A stretch of DNA of 57,382 bases from Seison nebaliae. Its lineage: Eukaryota. Shown here in pieces: positions 1 to 11,773 of this stretch. A model generated the notes under the pieces. That model was not told where the DNA came from and ran no database searches. It was given only the letters and a program-made list of their open reading frames with translations. The stretch lies in the NCBI GenBank assembly GCA_023231475.1, contig JALJEE010002904.1, positions 1 through 57,382 on the forward strand, given 5' to 3'. How positions within the stretch are numbered: position 1 is the stretch's first letter; every line of letters begins with the position of its first letter. The position numbers and the translations under genes are program-made.

Positions 1-132
1 TGTCGTCGTAGAAATACATTCTTCTCCTGTTATTCGATGAAGATATTCATTATCTGGTTGTAACAATTCACTAATTATTTCTCTTGTATAATCATTTCTC
101 GCACGTTTATGCATTTCATTATTCGATGACAT
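1..132 (-). CDS. 5' end of a hypothetical gene running off the window edge
   Basis: ATG at 132 opens a frame MSSNNEMHKRARNDYTREIISELLQPD... that stays open to position 1; no recognisable motif. Confidence 0.3.
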   Translation of the reverse strand, partial: MSSNNEMHKRARNDYTREIISELLQPDNEYLHRITGEECISTTT

Positions 133-985
133 TTCTATTTATATTTTCACAAATATCGTACGTGTATTTTCTTTTCTAAAGTTTTTCGATTTAGATATTA
201 AAGAAAATCTTATTGTTAGAATATATGGAAAAGAATTCAATAAGAATTTCAACCACAGACAACGATAATAATAAAATAAAAATTCAAAAATTTTTTGAAA
301 AATGAAAAAATCTTTAAACTAAAACTATTTGGTAGAAGAAATCTTAAAAAAATTCAGTTTCACACAACTTTAATTTAAACAATTTCATGGAAATAGAAAG
401 AAAGAACGAATAAAATTTCGAAGAAACATTCGAACAAACATTTACTTATAATCAGTTTCAGAACAATCATTTAAAAAACTCAAATGAACTGACTGGCAAC
501 TAACTTGTGAATAAATTTAATTAAAATAATAACAAAGCCCGATTTTTACAAAGCCCAAAACTAGTCGACGTCTCTTCATGTTCATATATCTATAAATAAT
601 TTCCATTAATTCAGAATATTTCTTACCACAATTCTCGAGGACGATATGAGTTATCGATTCTTGACTGTCATATTATTACTTTATTAGAAGATATAATACT
701 ATATCTTATTTTCAATTGGTCAATGAATGAACATTAGTGACAATTCAATAGAATTCGACATCTTTTGTTTTTCTTCAATAAGATAAACATAAATGAGAAA
801 CAGATTCAAAAATGATATTATTAGTCACAATGTTGTGAACTTATAAATGTGAACTATCGTTAGCGACTCTACTAACAATCGTACTTGTAAGTACGCGACC
901 GTTATCCCAGTAGCCCGAAATGAACCTCCTCCACAACGACAAACTCGTGCTCAACAAGGCAAAATAACGAAACGACAACCATCAC

Positions 986-1990
986 GTGCAGCAAAAAGAA
1001 ATGGTAAGAAGAAGAATGGAACGACTATCGACAAAACCGTCTCCAAATCTCAACCAGCAAAAATCATCAAATATCCGCCACCAACTACCGATACAAAAAT
1101 TCAACAAGCGATTCAAGACAATCAATCATCCAGTTTATTCAATGCCAGGAGATAACCTAGACACTCCTGATGCTCTCAATGAACAAATGAAAATAGATGA
1201 TGATGATGATGATTCTCGCATGATTATTTCTCGCTACTGACGTCCGTAAGATGCCAACATCTTATCTCGCTTTCCGAATCCCAAGAGATGATTTCTGGTT
1301 TAATTCATTCGCTGAAACACCACATTATACAATCGAAAGAACGGCCGTCCAGGATTACAATCCTATATATCGATTAATTCCTCGAATTATGTCAATGATG
1401 CCGGAAATAACATAACTGATGAATGGACAGCTCTCGAACATTACACAACAGTTCAAATCATATGAGTCCTCCTTTATCATAGAGCTCTTTTATCTGTTGG
1501 ATTTGGTATCTTTAATTTAGAATTGAACGTGACAGGCTTCGATTATAATCGTGCAGCCATGTCTCAACCGGATGCAGATATATATTGAGATATAGCTTAT
1601 TTGAAGATGAGATCTCGTCGTGTTATCTGGGCTCCATTAACAGTCACCCATTTTATGAAAGAATTTATGAATTGACATCCCCACATTCTTAGTGTTATGA
1701 ACGGACCAATGTATGGTCGACTTTGTCGTCCTTCTTCAATTAATTATACAATGTTGTGGGCTGCAATATGGCAATTTCGAATCGTAACAATTATCAACCT
1801 CCTATTCGGAGCAACTCGTTTTGTATTCTGGTCGCGATCTTTATGTGTCGTTGCAGATAGTTTTGAGAGGCTGGATGTGATATGATGAGAGGCTTTAACC
1901 TTACCGAAAATATGAAAGGATGAAGTGTTTCAAATTTCTCAACTCAAGATTTGGTCGCATGTAAAGACGTGAAACGTGTCTAAAATCTAG
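986..1990 (+). pseudogene. Degraded intronless ORF of unknown origin
   Basis: One coding-like frame joins ORFs 986-1240 and 1697-1885; it is interrupted by 10 TGA and 2 TAA and ends at TAG 1988, with no frameshift. Confidence 0.5.
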
Positions 1991-2551
1991 AAACGTGGAC
2001 GGTCATGAATTCAGTTTGTCAAGACATGGATATTCAACCGCAAATTTCGTCATGGATGTTCCGTCAAGATCCTAATATCGAGTTCATCTATTACAATAGA
2101 AAAAAATCAGTCTAGCACCTTGAGAATTGTCCTTGATCAGAGAATGAGAATTTACGGATTTATTTTTTTACAGGTAATTATGAACGTCGCGCAATGTGAT
2201 ACAAGGAATAATAACAATAATAACCATACTGGTGAACAATAAAAGAGTCCCTTATTTTAATTGGCACTCAAAGAATCGAACCGAATATAATATTTAATAT
2301 AACTATTAAACATTGAAATTAACATTCAATGAAAGTTCGATTGTAGAATTATATAGAATGATATTAACCTAAATTATATAATATGATAACTTTGAGTTAA
2401 TTGAAAATTTGAAAAGAATATACTGAAATGACCTGTCAAGCGGAAAAAAGAAGAATAAAATATCAATTCAATTATTCTTACGAATTTATTAGAATAGTAT
2501 TCGACCATCTATAAAATAGTATAAGGTGAAAAGACTCAACAAAATTTTAAA

Positions 2552-2964
2552 ATGAATTCTTTAAAATTGATAGTCCTCTCAATTTCACTTATTCTGTCGT
2601 TTTCGTTGATCGAAGCGAATATTTCCGATGTTCCACCAGATGAAAATCAAGTTGGGAATATGAATCAAATAAATTTTATTCTAATTTTATTTTAGATTGA
2701 CCCGATCAAGGTAACATACCCACAGTTGATTCAAGGACCAGTTAATATATTTAATTATATCCCAAAAGTTAAATGTTCAATTTCCATCAGGGTAAGGGTC
2801 GCGGATGGTTTAGACGAGCTTTTCGCAAAATAAAAGATGGTATAGGTAATGCGTGGAAGTTTTTAACTGGAAAGAAGGCTTCTTGGAAAATCGAATGCAA
2901 TCCTCTTAAAGACAAGAATTGTTGCTGGCCATGGCAATTCCGTTGCATAAGAAATGGAAAATGA
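2552..2964 (+). CDS. Secreted prepropeptide, candidate antimicrobial peptide (105 aa, 3 exons)
   Basis: Exons 2552-2650, 2696-2740, 2791-2964. Signal peptide MNSLKLIVLSISLILSFSLIEA, acidic pro-region, GKGR, then cationic GWFRRAFRKIKDGIGNAWKFLTGKK and a 4-Cys tail. Confidence 0.7.
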
Positions 2965-3361
2965 AAATTCATGATTATTATTGGATGATCACATATATAC
3001 ATAGTTCTATGTACTCTCTTGAATTTTAACCACAAAATTAATAATCATCATCGTCAACTACTTATGTCTAAACATTCCTTTGGAGCTACTTTCTAAACTG
3101 CAACTTCACCTTTGAAACTAAAAATGTGATAAAAAAATTTTTTTCGACAAGTATTCCACAAAAGGTAATGTTATATTATTATTACTATTATTCAGAAAAT
3201 ATCTCTATTGTGAGTATAACTCAAATTTAACTATTTTTTTATGAAAAAAATGAGTCTCTAAGATTTAGTCGATATGGACTCAAAAGTAAGTTAGAAAGAA
3301 TAAAAATGATAAAGTAATACTTTAAAAATATTTTGTTAGTTTTGAGTCACCAACTGAATTG

Positions 3362-3499
3362 TCAAGTTGCCTGAATTGAAAGAATTCGTAAAACCGTCGA
3401 ATAAAATAAAGGAAGCTGCTTCATTTTTTTCCAATAATCTAAAATCGGTTCGTCCGCGAACAAGTTGTCTTTTTCATATTCATCATATTCTGCACACCA
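3362..3499 (-). mobile_element. hAT-family transposase C-terminal dimerisation domain remnant
   Basis: Translates DEPILDYWKKMKQLPLFYSTVLRILSIQAT*, matching the hAT pattern dpLdwWk...P.l...a..iLsipat; truncated by a stop. Confidence 0.5.
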
Positions 3500-3978
3500 A
3501 CAAAAGTGATTCCATTACATAAATTGTGTACAAATACCTCACAACTTGTCAGTATCATTTGACTTCCTTCTTTTAAGTTTCATATAATATGGTATATCTC
3601 TTTCGGAACAATTCACTTCATCAACATTCTCTATAATACAACATGTAGTTCCTATATCAGATAGTTTGGCAACATAACATTATAATTAATTTATAATTAT
3701 AATAAGTTTGGAACATTCACATAAAGAGTTCGGATATATTTTAAACGATTTTTTTTAAAGTTTGAACCGAAATGTAAGGCTCTTTGTAAGTCTAATACGG
3801 TTTGATTATCTTTAATGCTTATTATATATATAAATTATATTATATACGCTGGTAAATAGGGTAATGAAAGATCCAAGAAAAAAATTCTTCTCCTTGAAAA
3901 GTAACATTACTTCCTTTTCTTGATAAGCCAATATAACTAATCTCGATTAATTCTGTTACTAATTGGCAAAATTTTTAC

Positions 3979-4050
3979 GGGCTTGGCCGGGGATTGAACC
4001 CGGGACCTCCCGCACCCTAAGCGGAAATCATACCACTAGACCACCAAGCC
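3979..4050 (-). tRNA. tRNA-Pro (anticodon AGG)
   Basis: 72-nt cloverleaf GGCTTGG...CCAAGCC-C; anticodon arm TCCGC-TT AGG GT-GCGGG; T-loop GTTCAATC; downstream TTTT. Confidence 0.95.
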
Positions 4051-4401
4051 CTGTTGATCAGTTAATTTATTGTAAATTGTACCATAATGTAACAATTTAA
4101 CAAATTTTTTACTTTGTTAATATTTCTATTATAAAAAAAAGAATATCGTTTGAATTCTACACGACAAATTCCGAATTTCCGTAATCGACTTAATTTCAAA
4201 AAAATATAACACAGAACTAGAAAATTGGTTTTTCTGAAAAAACTGCGACCTCCCAATAAAATTGGTTAGTATATTCGTTCGAAAAGTAGCCGTGATTTAT
4301 TAATTATTTACCTCTCACAAAAGCATTTTCTTCCTCTTTTTTGTAGAAAAAATGTAAGAAGAGTTAGATGAAGAAATGTCTATTATATACTTAAGGACAT
4401 A

Positions 4402-4473
4402 TCCCATGTGGTCTAGGGGTTAGGATTTCGCCCTCTCACGGCGACGGCCCGGGTTCGATTCCCGGCGTGGGAG
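4402..4473 (+). tRNA. tRNA-Glu (anticodon CTC), copy 1
   Basis: 72-nt cloverleaf TCCCATG...CGTGGGA-G; anticodon arm TCGCC-CT CTC AC-GGCGA; GTTCGATT T-loop; downstream TTTT. Confidence 0.95.
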
Positions 4474-4731
4474 AAAAATTTTGCGGTTAATTTCATTTCA
4501 ATAATTCGCGTTAAAATGTTCATTTTCCCACTTTTTCTCATATTTTATCTCGGTCATAAATCGTGTCAATCAAGCAACATGGCACTATAATTGAACCATG
4601 TAAATAATAATTAACGACAGTTTATTTATTCTGAAGAATGAAAAAAGGCTAATTTTTTAAAATTTCATTCTCTCAGTAAGAATTAAGGTGAAAACAATTA
4701 ATCGAGCAACATGTCGAACATTGTGAAATAA

Positions 4732-6042
4732 ATGCCATCTGAATTGGTCAATAGCAAATTAACAAAAATGACATCGTACTCCATGGTAAAGATTTGTAGC
4801 GGTGGAAACCGAGACAACAAATTGATACATTATCTCTACTGTAATAAGATAAATGAGAATGAGCTTCAATTGAAGTTGTTTAGTTTGAAACGTACACCAA
4901 CTTTCGATTGTGCTCTCAATGAGGGCCAATTGAAGAGATGCGCCAAAAAACTGGGGAGAGATGTTGAGGCGTATCGTCTCTCGATATATAGAGCTCTTGA
5001 TTTGGAGGAAGGAGAAGAAGAGTTCAAATTCAAGATAAATAACGAACATTTTCCTGCTAGTTTGTCTCTGCAAATTAGTGAAGTTGATGGTCAAGATTCA
5101 ATTCGTTTTATTGAATTGAAATTTGAAAATACGAATGAAAATAATGATGTTTATGAGATTTTTGATGGTATCATCGCAGATTGGAATGAAATGGGAAAGA
5201 AATTGATTGAGAGTCAAAAGGAAAACGAAGATCTGAAGAGGAAAAATAGTAAATTGAAGGTGATATTGAAAGGTCAAACGAAAGAAGAGTTAATGGAAGA
5301 AATCGAATGTCTTCAGTTATTTGGGAAAATGTTGAAAGCGAAAACTGAGAAACTGGAAGAAATCGAAGATGTCGATGATGATTGTGATGATGAAAAAGTA
5401 AATTTGAAGAAAGAACCGATAAAGTTTCCAGAGACTGTAACACAGTGTGGAGATAGTGTTGTCTTTCCAGTAACACTATTAGACAGTTCTATACAAGTTC
5501 GAGAACATCGAATGAAACCGGCAATGAGTAGTGATTCTGAAAGTGAAAAAATTTATATTGGTGTCCCATCATCGGAAGAAACGACAAAAGACAAAAGTAA
5601 ATTAACAGAGAAAGAAGAAATTGAGGAAAACGACGAATGTGATATAATTATTGATGATACAGTCGAATCAAGTACAAATGTGCAATTTGTGAATGATGAA
5701 AGTTATATAACTCCTACGAAGTTAAACGGAAAGAAGAAGGAAGATGATGTGGTGATAGAAGATGAAGATGATGATATCATTATTGACGATGATGAGATTC
5801 AACCTACAAAGAAATTATTAAGATTAAACTTACGAAAATCTTATGGGAAAAGAATAAAGTCAGCTACTATCACTCGTTCGATGGCTCGTGCACAAAAATA
5901 TCAAAGACGTTCAAATAACAAACCAAAAATACATACAGTAATCGATAATGACGATGATGAAGAAATGAGAATTGAGGAAGGAGATGTTTATTATAATTCT
6001 TACGGAGCAAATGATGTCGATGATTTGGAAGAACGCTTTTAA
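4732..6042 (+). CDS. XRCC4: XRCC4-like NHEJ factor (intronless)
   Basis: Beta-rich head of ~120 aa; coiled coil ESQKENEDLKRK and CLQLFGKMLKAKTEKLEEI resemble XRCC4 HLQKENERL and LYKRFILVLNEKKTKIRSL; acidic disordered tail. Confidence 0.6.
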   Translation: MPSELVNSKLTKMTSYSMVKICSGGNRDNKLIHYLYCNKINENELQLKLFSLKRTPTFDCALNEGQLKRCAKKLGRDVEAYRLSIYRALDLEEGEEEFKFKINNEHFPASLSLQISEVDGQDSIRFIELKFENTNENNDVYEIFDGIIADWNEMGKKLIESQKENEDLKRKNSKLKVILKGQTKEELMEEIECLQLFGKMLKAKTEKLEEIEDVDDDCDDEKVNLKKEPIKFPETVTQCGDSVVFPVTLLDSSIQVREHRMKPAMSSDSESEKIYIGVPSSEETTKDKSKLTEKEEIEENDECDIIIDDTVESSTNVQFVNDESYITPTKLNGKKKEDDVVIEDEDDDIIIDDDEIQPTKKLLRLNLRKSYGKRIKSATITRSMARAQKYQRRSNNKPKIHTVIDNDDDEEMRIEEGDVYYNSYGANDVDDLEERF

Positions 6043-6241
6043 ACATACTTCCTATCTCTCTTTCTCTCTCTCGTTCTTTCTCCGACCAGTAACTTTTTCT
6101 TTATCAAATTTGCACGCATATGTCCTACTTTTCCAATACTCTATTCTTTTCTATTAGTTTTGAATGAATTTTATGCGATTGATTTAGTTAAATGTACAAA
6201 ATAAAATCTATGTTACAAATATGTCATTTTTCAATTTTAGT

Positions 6242-6389
6242 TATATTTTAGAACATGGATGTCAAGTTGGGAGGAACGAAGAGTCATTCTGTAGTTTTTA
6301 CATTAGAAGATCTCTATAACGCAGAGGAAGGTGAAAACTATTTTTTTCTCTTTCTTCCTCCCAATTTGACATCCATGTTTTAGAATGTA
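6242..6389 (+). repeat. Long inverted repeat / hairpin
   Basis: 6242-6276 pairs with 6355-6389 (35 consecutive pairs counting G-U); inner helices 6278-6283/6348-6353 and 6292-6301/6331-6340. Confidence 0.85.
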
Positions 6390-7978
6390 TTCATATTTAG
6401 TAGATAATGTATTACGAATTTTATATTATAAAATTTATACTGATGTGATAAATGTTTATTTTATAACTTATTTGATAATTCCATCAACGGTATGCTTATC
6501 TATGTTAAAATTATCAGTCGTCAGAGTACAACAACCGAACATAGTGGTACTAAATTATTCAATTTCATGTATATGTTGGACCGGGATATTGTTAGTTATT
6601 TGGTGTTTTATTTACTCATCCCTTAACTTATACAGCCAAAAATTGTTTCTTAACGTTGAATTGAATATAAAATTAAACCTTATCCAAACCGTTATTATTT
6701 GATAGATTAATATATAATAATGAAATTAAAATTATTGAGAAAGTGGTTGAAAGCTGGTTAATGAAAATAGAGAGCGACAAACTAAATTGATGAAGAAAAG
6801 AACTCTAGAAAATAATATTGTTGTTCTAAACAAGTTAAACTATAACCGTACATATTTCATTTAAAAATTGTTAAAGTTAAAATATAAAAAATCGTCATTT
6901 TCTGCTTGAAATTTTTCATTAATCATTTTCGTCCGATTTCTCTATTGTTCCAGATGGTGTTACTGTTCTTTTTGTACAATATCTCCATTAATTGTAATTA
7001 TTCGCCACTCCTGTCATCGTTTTCTGTAGTTATTGTTCGTTACCGTTGTTTTTTTTCATACGAACGGCTTGTTCTACCATCAATAATTTTAACCTGTCCT
7101 CATTCATTCCTATTCTCATAGGATCATATCTGGATTAGGCTAACGCCCTTATATCTACTGATTCGTCAGGCGAGTTATCCCGTTTATTATTTAATTTACC
7201 TCGCGGGGATTTGTTGTATTACAAATTAAAGCAATATCATTTTAGTATATATATGTAAGAGGTCTAAACATAGTTATGGCTATGCCAACAGAAATGGACA
7301 ATTTGTATGAATGAAACAATTAATCAGAATCAATTAAGACGCCTTTTGCCGAAACAATTAAAAGATACGCTTACCTTTGATCAACGTTTCTTGCTGATCA
7401 ACTGTAAAATGTTACGAATTAATGTTTTGTTATTAACGACTTATCATCCAATCGTTTACATTTATGTTCTTATCATATACATATATCTTACAAATATACA
7501 AGTTCTTGATTATCTCGAAACAAAACAAATAATGAAAAGTCTAGATACGCATACATTAATGGAAGCACTAGAAATGTTACAACGAATAAGATAACGTCTA
7601 AAGACGAACGCATCTACGCACAGTTTCACAAAGCAGTAACGAAAAAGAGCCCTCACTATATACCAAATATTTACGTATAAATGCAGCATAGATAGATTTC
7701 AAAAGAACCATAGCAAACTTATTGTTAATCCTTTTGAGCAACGAAAAACAAGAATCGCGCATATCCCAACTTTTTACATTTGATATACTACTGCACAAAA
7801 TTTTAAAACTTATAAAAATTCCAAAAATTTTTGGAACTTCTATGATATAGCTTTTATTATCCAAGTACTAATAGTTCTAATAAAAATGAAAAAAGGAAAA
7901 CCTTGAATCATTTTTTCTTATTCGATTTTTTTTGGAAAAGTTCGATGAAGAAATATCTGTTATATACTTAACGATATG

Positions 7979-8050
7979 TCCCATGTGGTCTAGGGGTTAG
8001 GATTTCGCCCTCTCACGGCGACGGCCCGGGTTCGATTCCCGGCGTGGGAG
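7979..8050 (+). tRNA. tRNA-Glu (anticodon CTC), copy 2
   Basis: Identical to 4402-4473; flanks also homologous (7939-8104 vs 4362-4527). Confidence 0.95.
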
Positions 8051-8118
8051 AAAAATTTTGCAGTTAATTTTATTTCAATTATTCGCCTCAAAATGTTCAT
8101 TTTCGTCATAAGTAGTAA

Positions 8119-8310
8119 GAATTTAATAATCGACCATAATCAAAGATAGAGACGTATAATGATCACAACATATTGGTGGCGAACATTGTGCGGAAAATTT
8201 GGCGCAGCATCACTGTGATTCGTAATTTTCTGCGAAATAAAGAGAATTAAGGGACGAATATGAATCGGGCAGCTGGACATAAGTCGATTAGTAACAGTAC
8301 GACAAGAGAA
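8119..8310 (+). mobile_element. Tc3/Tc1-mariner transposase N-terminal HTH remnant
   Basis: SKIETYNDHNILVANIVRKIWRSITVIRNFLRNKEN*GTN resembles Tc3 paired HTH (..EMSRKISRSRHCIRVYLKDPVSYGT); in-frame stops. Confidence 0.55.
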
Positions 8311-11029
8311 GACTTAGGAGAAAATGCTCTTAAAAAATTTTAAAGAATCTACATAATATAAGTATAATGTATATTGATCGAACTTATTTTTTACTTATCA
8401 ACTACTAATTTTAGATAATTGTGAAATGAAATTGGTTAATAGAAGTAACGGATACTGACAATAACAGAAAATAACCGAAATTATGATCTGTTGATTTAAT
8501 TAACTCTTTTCTGAATTACAATTAATCTTATAATAAAATAATAATTAATTAATTACTACATTTAATAATGAAATATTAATCTTTGAGATATTCACCTCAA
8601 TATCTCCACCATCAACCTGCGATATATTCTATATTGGGAGTTATAGTTTCTTTCTTGTTTTGTGAAGTAGAAACAACAATTTCTGATTTGTCAATTAATT
8701 CATTATCTTTACGATTATTATTATATTAATTATCATTATTACGAAAAAAAGAAGAATAATAGCTATTCCCTCAAAATTCATCTCGTTTCTCTAATCCGTC
8801 AATTTTTCCAGCAATATTATCGATTTGGTTGAAGATGATCTAATTGGAGGTTAATTAAATTAGTTCTACTAATTTTTTTCGCAGTAATGTTGCAGTCTTA
8901 ATTAAGCTAGACTCATTTTAGAATAGCAACAGTAAAAATAAAATGGGATTTATCATAACAGTAATCTATAATTCATTGATTATATGCAAATTTATGAAGA
9001 ATAGAAGAAAAATTGGACAATTATTTATTTGGCTACTTGATTTAGCATCGGAGCACGAACTATTTTGTTATCACATCTTTACCATCAGAAAGAGAGCAGT
9101 CAATTTAATGCAAGCGGCAATATGAACATTGTGCAAAAGAATAAATAATAGAAAGTTGGAGACTAATTGTGGGGCAGCCAAAGATGTGCATGATTGTTCA
9201 TAATCTTTAAGATAATTTTTATTTTCGTCAAAACACAACAAACCAGAAAAAATCACGGAAGAAATGGCCCAAAAATCTGATAATGATGAACCGCAACAAA
9301 CCACTAACTCTTTTACTTCGAAAGTATATTTACTAAGTTATGCTACACCAAGGTTTATTTATTTTCTCATTTTTCTCCATTTATGTTCAAATTATAAATT
9401 CAATAGAGACTTAATTTAAATTAATATTAAATCTACTTAAAATATAATAGAATTATTATGAAGAATATGCATAAGTTTGAAATTAGAAAGATTCATGTCT
9501 GGAAGAGAATTCTTTTCAATTAGAATAATTGTATTCCTTCCTGTTTTTTATCGATTCTATCTTCATTAGCATATCCCACCAAAATATCGTCTTTGTTTCA
9601 TAAATAAAATTTCATCCGAAAAATTTCTGTAGACAATCACTGGTTGTTAATCAGATAGTATTGTTAAAAACTAACATAAGTATTCTTCATTTTAATAAAT
9701 ATATAGATTAATTTAGAAATAAATTATACAAAACTTCAGAAGCTTATAGAAAAGCAGAAGTGCTAAAAGCATCGAATAACTCGAGAAAAAATTTGAAATT
9801 ACTTAGAAATAATTCCTAGAATCGACTTTCTAGAAATAAGTGTAATTATCACTCTATTGTAATTAATGAAAAGTATTTTCTAATGGAATTATTTATCATT
9901 TCAGATTCGTATCTGATTAATTGGAATACATATCTATAAAATTCTTTCATGTAATTCCGAATAGGGTGTAGAAAGTTGAAGAGATATATTGAATTAATAA
10001 AATTGTTTTAAATGTTGAAGGAGAACATTCTGACAGATAAAAGCGTTTTAATATTCTTTCTTCCAAGTAATTAATCAAAACTGATAAATGTCATTGTTTC
10101 ACTAAAAAATTTGCTAATGTCAATGGACCGGACATTGTCACGGGTTAATAGGGAAAGTGATAGGTCAGGTAAGAAAGAATAAATGGATGGTGATAGATAT
10201 GGATGTAGATTGAAGTAATAAATTATTAGAAATTGAAATTAATGATCCTAATAAGAAAAGACTTTGCTATTTGAAATTGAAATAGGAAAGTAAATTTACT
10301 TCAGAAACTAACAGTTTTGTTGGTGTTCGTTGGTGAGAGTGAGTCGGTTGAAGGAGATAGACACCGTAATTCTTTCTCACGTATCTTTTAAGATGGAATG
10401 TGATGGAAGGGAAAGAATGAGGATGAAAGAAAAGTATATATCTTATCCATTTGTTATTATTATCATCATAATTGTCTTCTCCTCTTCTTCTCTTCTTCTT
10501 CTACTGTGATCAATGTCGACGTATCTCAACGACATTCTATCTAATCAGAATATAAAATCACATAATGTTATTCGAATGTTTCATCTCTAACGATACGTAT
10601 TTTACGTAGCAGACTAAATTGTTGCACCAACTTCCTCTTTCTATTGATTCATTCATTAGCTGTTATTTGTTGATAATGGATAAAAGAAGTTTACGTCGCT
10701 CATCGTCATCATCCGGAGCATCAATTGAGAAGAAGATTCTTACAAAAGATTTCCTAGCAAACAATTCCTTCTTTCATTATTTCTCCTCATTTCCTAACCT
10801 GCTCAAATATCATATTGGATCGATTTCCAATATTCCCATTCGATAAACATTCTGGGAAATCAGAATGAAAAGGTTTCATCTTTCTTCTCTTCTAAATATC
10901 CGCAGAAGTAATTCTCTTAGGAGAATTACGTAGAACTCTTCGTCAAAACCGACTAAAATTAGATGACTTGATTCCTAAAAACATACGAGATCGTTCTAAA
11001 TACTAAAAGGATTTCTTTCGTTTAGATAT

Positions 11030-11773
11030 GTGGAGGATCATTGGAAGACATTGGCAAATATGAAAACTGATTATCGATATATCATGCAACATGTTGGTGG
11101 AGCGACAAAGCAAATGCTTTCAAAATCCGAATTGGCTTCTTATGACGAAAATCGACTACTTAAAAAGAGTTTTATGAATCGAATGAAATTCTTATTTGAA
11201 CCTCGACGAAAAAAATCACAATTGCTACCCATCTCAACCGAAAGAAATTATTCAATGGAAATACTAAAACCAACGAGTCAAATCGAAATGTATTTGAATA
11301 TTGTGGGACTTTCGTTAATCGATTCGCTCGCAGCTTATCCTTCAGCCGACGTCATTATTGGTACTTATATCTATTCGTATTACACGAATTGTAGGAAACA
11401 ATATGAAGAAACCAAACCCAATAATTATATTACATCTATACACGAACCAAATACCGAATTAGATAGTGAGAATTCCTCACAAACTGATGAAATAAAACTC
11501 CCATCGGAACTGTTGGAATACGAAGCAAATAGTTATAATTCCGAATATACAACTTCTGATACCAGTTCTCAATCCGACGATTTCTTCCCAGATCATACGG
11601 ATGACGCCACATTGGATGTGAGGACACTTCCCTCTTATTACGAGAAACAAAGAACAAATAAATTTATACGGACTAATTTCGATTATAATAAGTTTTATCG
11701 AATTTCGGATTTGGAAAATAGCAATCTGTCAATTTTTATTGTTTCGGCTCATTATTATTCTTTCACCAACTGA
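11030..11773 (+). CDS. Hypothetical protein (probably last exon of a gene starting near 10677)
   Basis: 247-codon open frame in very AT-rich DNA with an acidic Ser/Thr-rich segment; no recognised domain; 5' exons not resolved. Confidence 0.4.
   Translation: MEDHWKTLANMKTDYRYIMQHVGGATKQMLSKSELASYDENRLLKKSFMNRMKFLFEPRRKKSQLLPISTERNYSMEILKPTSQIEMYLNIVGLSLIDSLAAYPSADVIIGTYIYSYYTNCRKQYEETKPNNYITSIHEPNTELDSENSSQTDEIKLPSELLEYEANSYNSEYTTSDTSSQSDDFFPDHTDDATLDVRTLPSYYEKQRTNKFIRTNFDYNKFYRISDLENSNLSIFIVSAHYYSFTN

Noticed and set aside
1304..1987. TGA recoding (genetic code 4 or selenocysteine) in the relic ORF
   Set aside because: TGG is used in the same frame, TGAs cluster next to Arg codons, TAA/TAG also interrupt nearby, and real genes here (e.g. 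GOLPH3) end in TGA; C>T decay is more parsimonious
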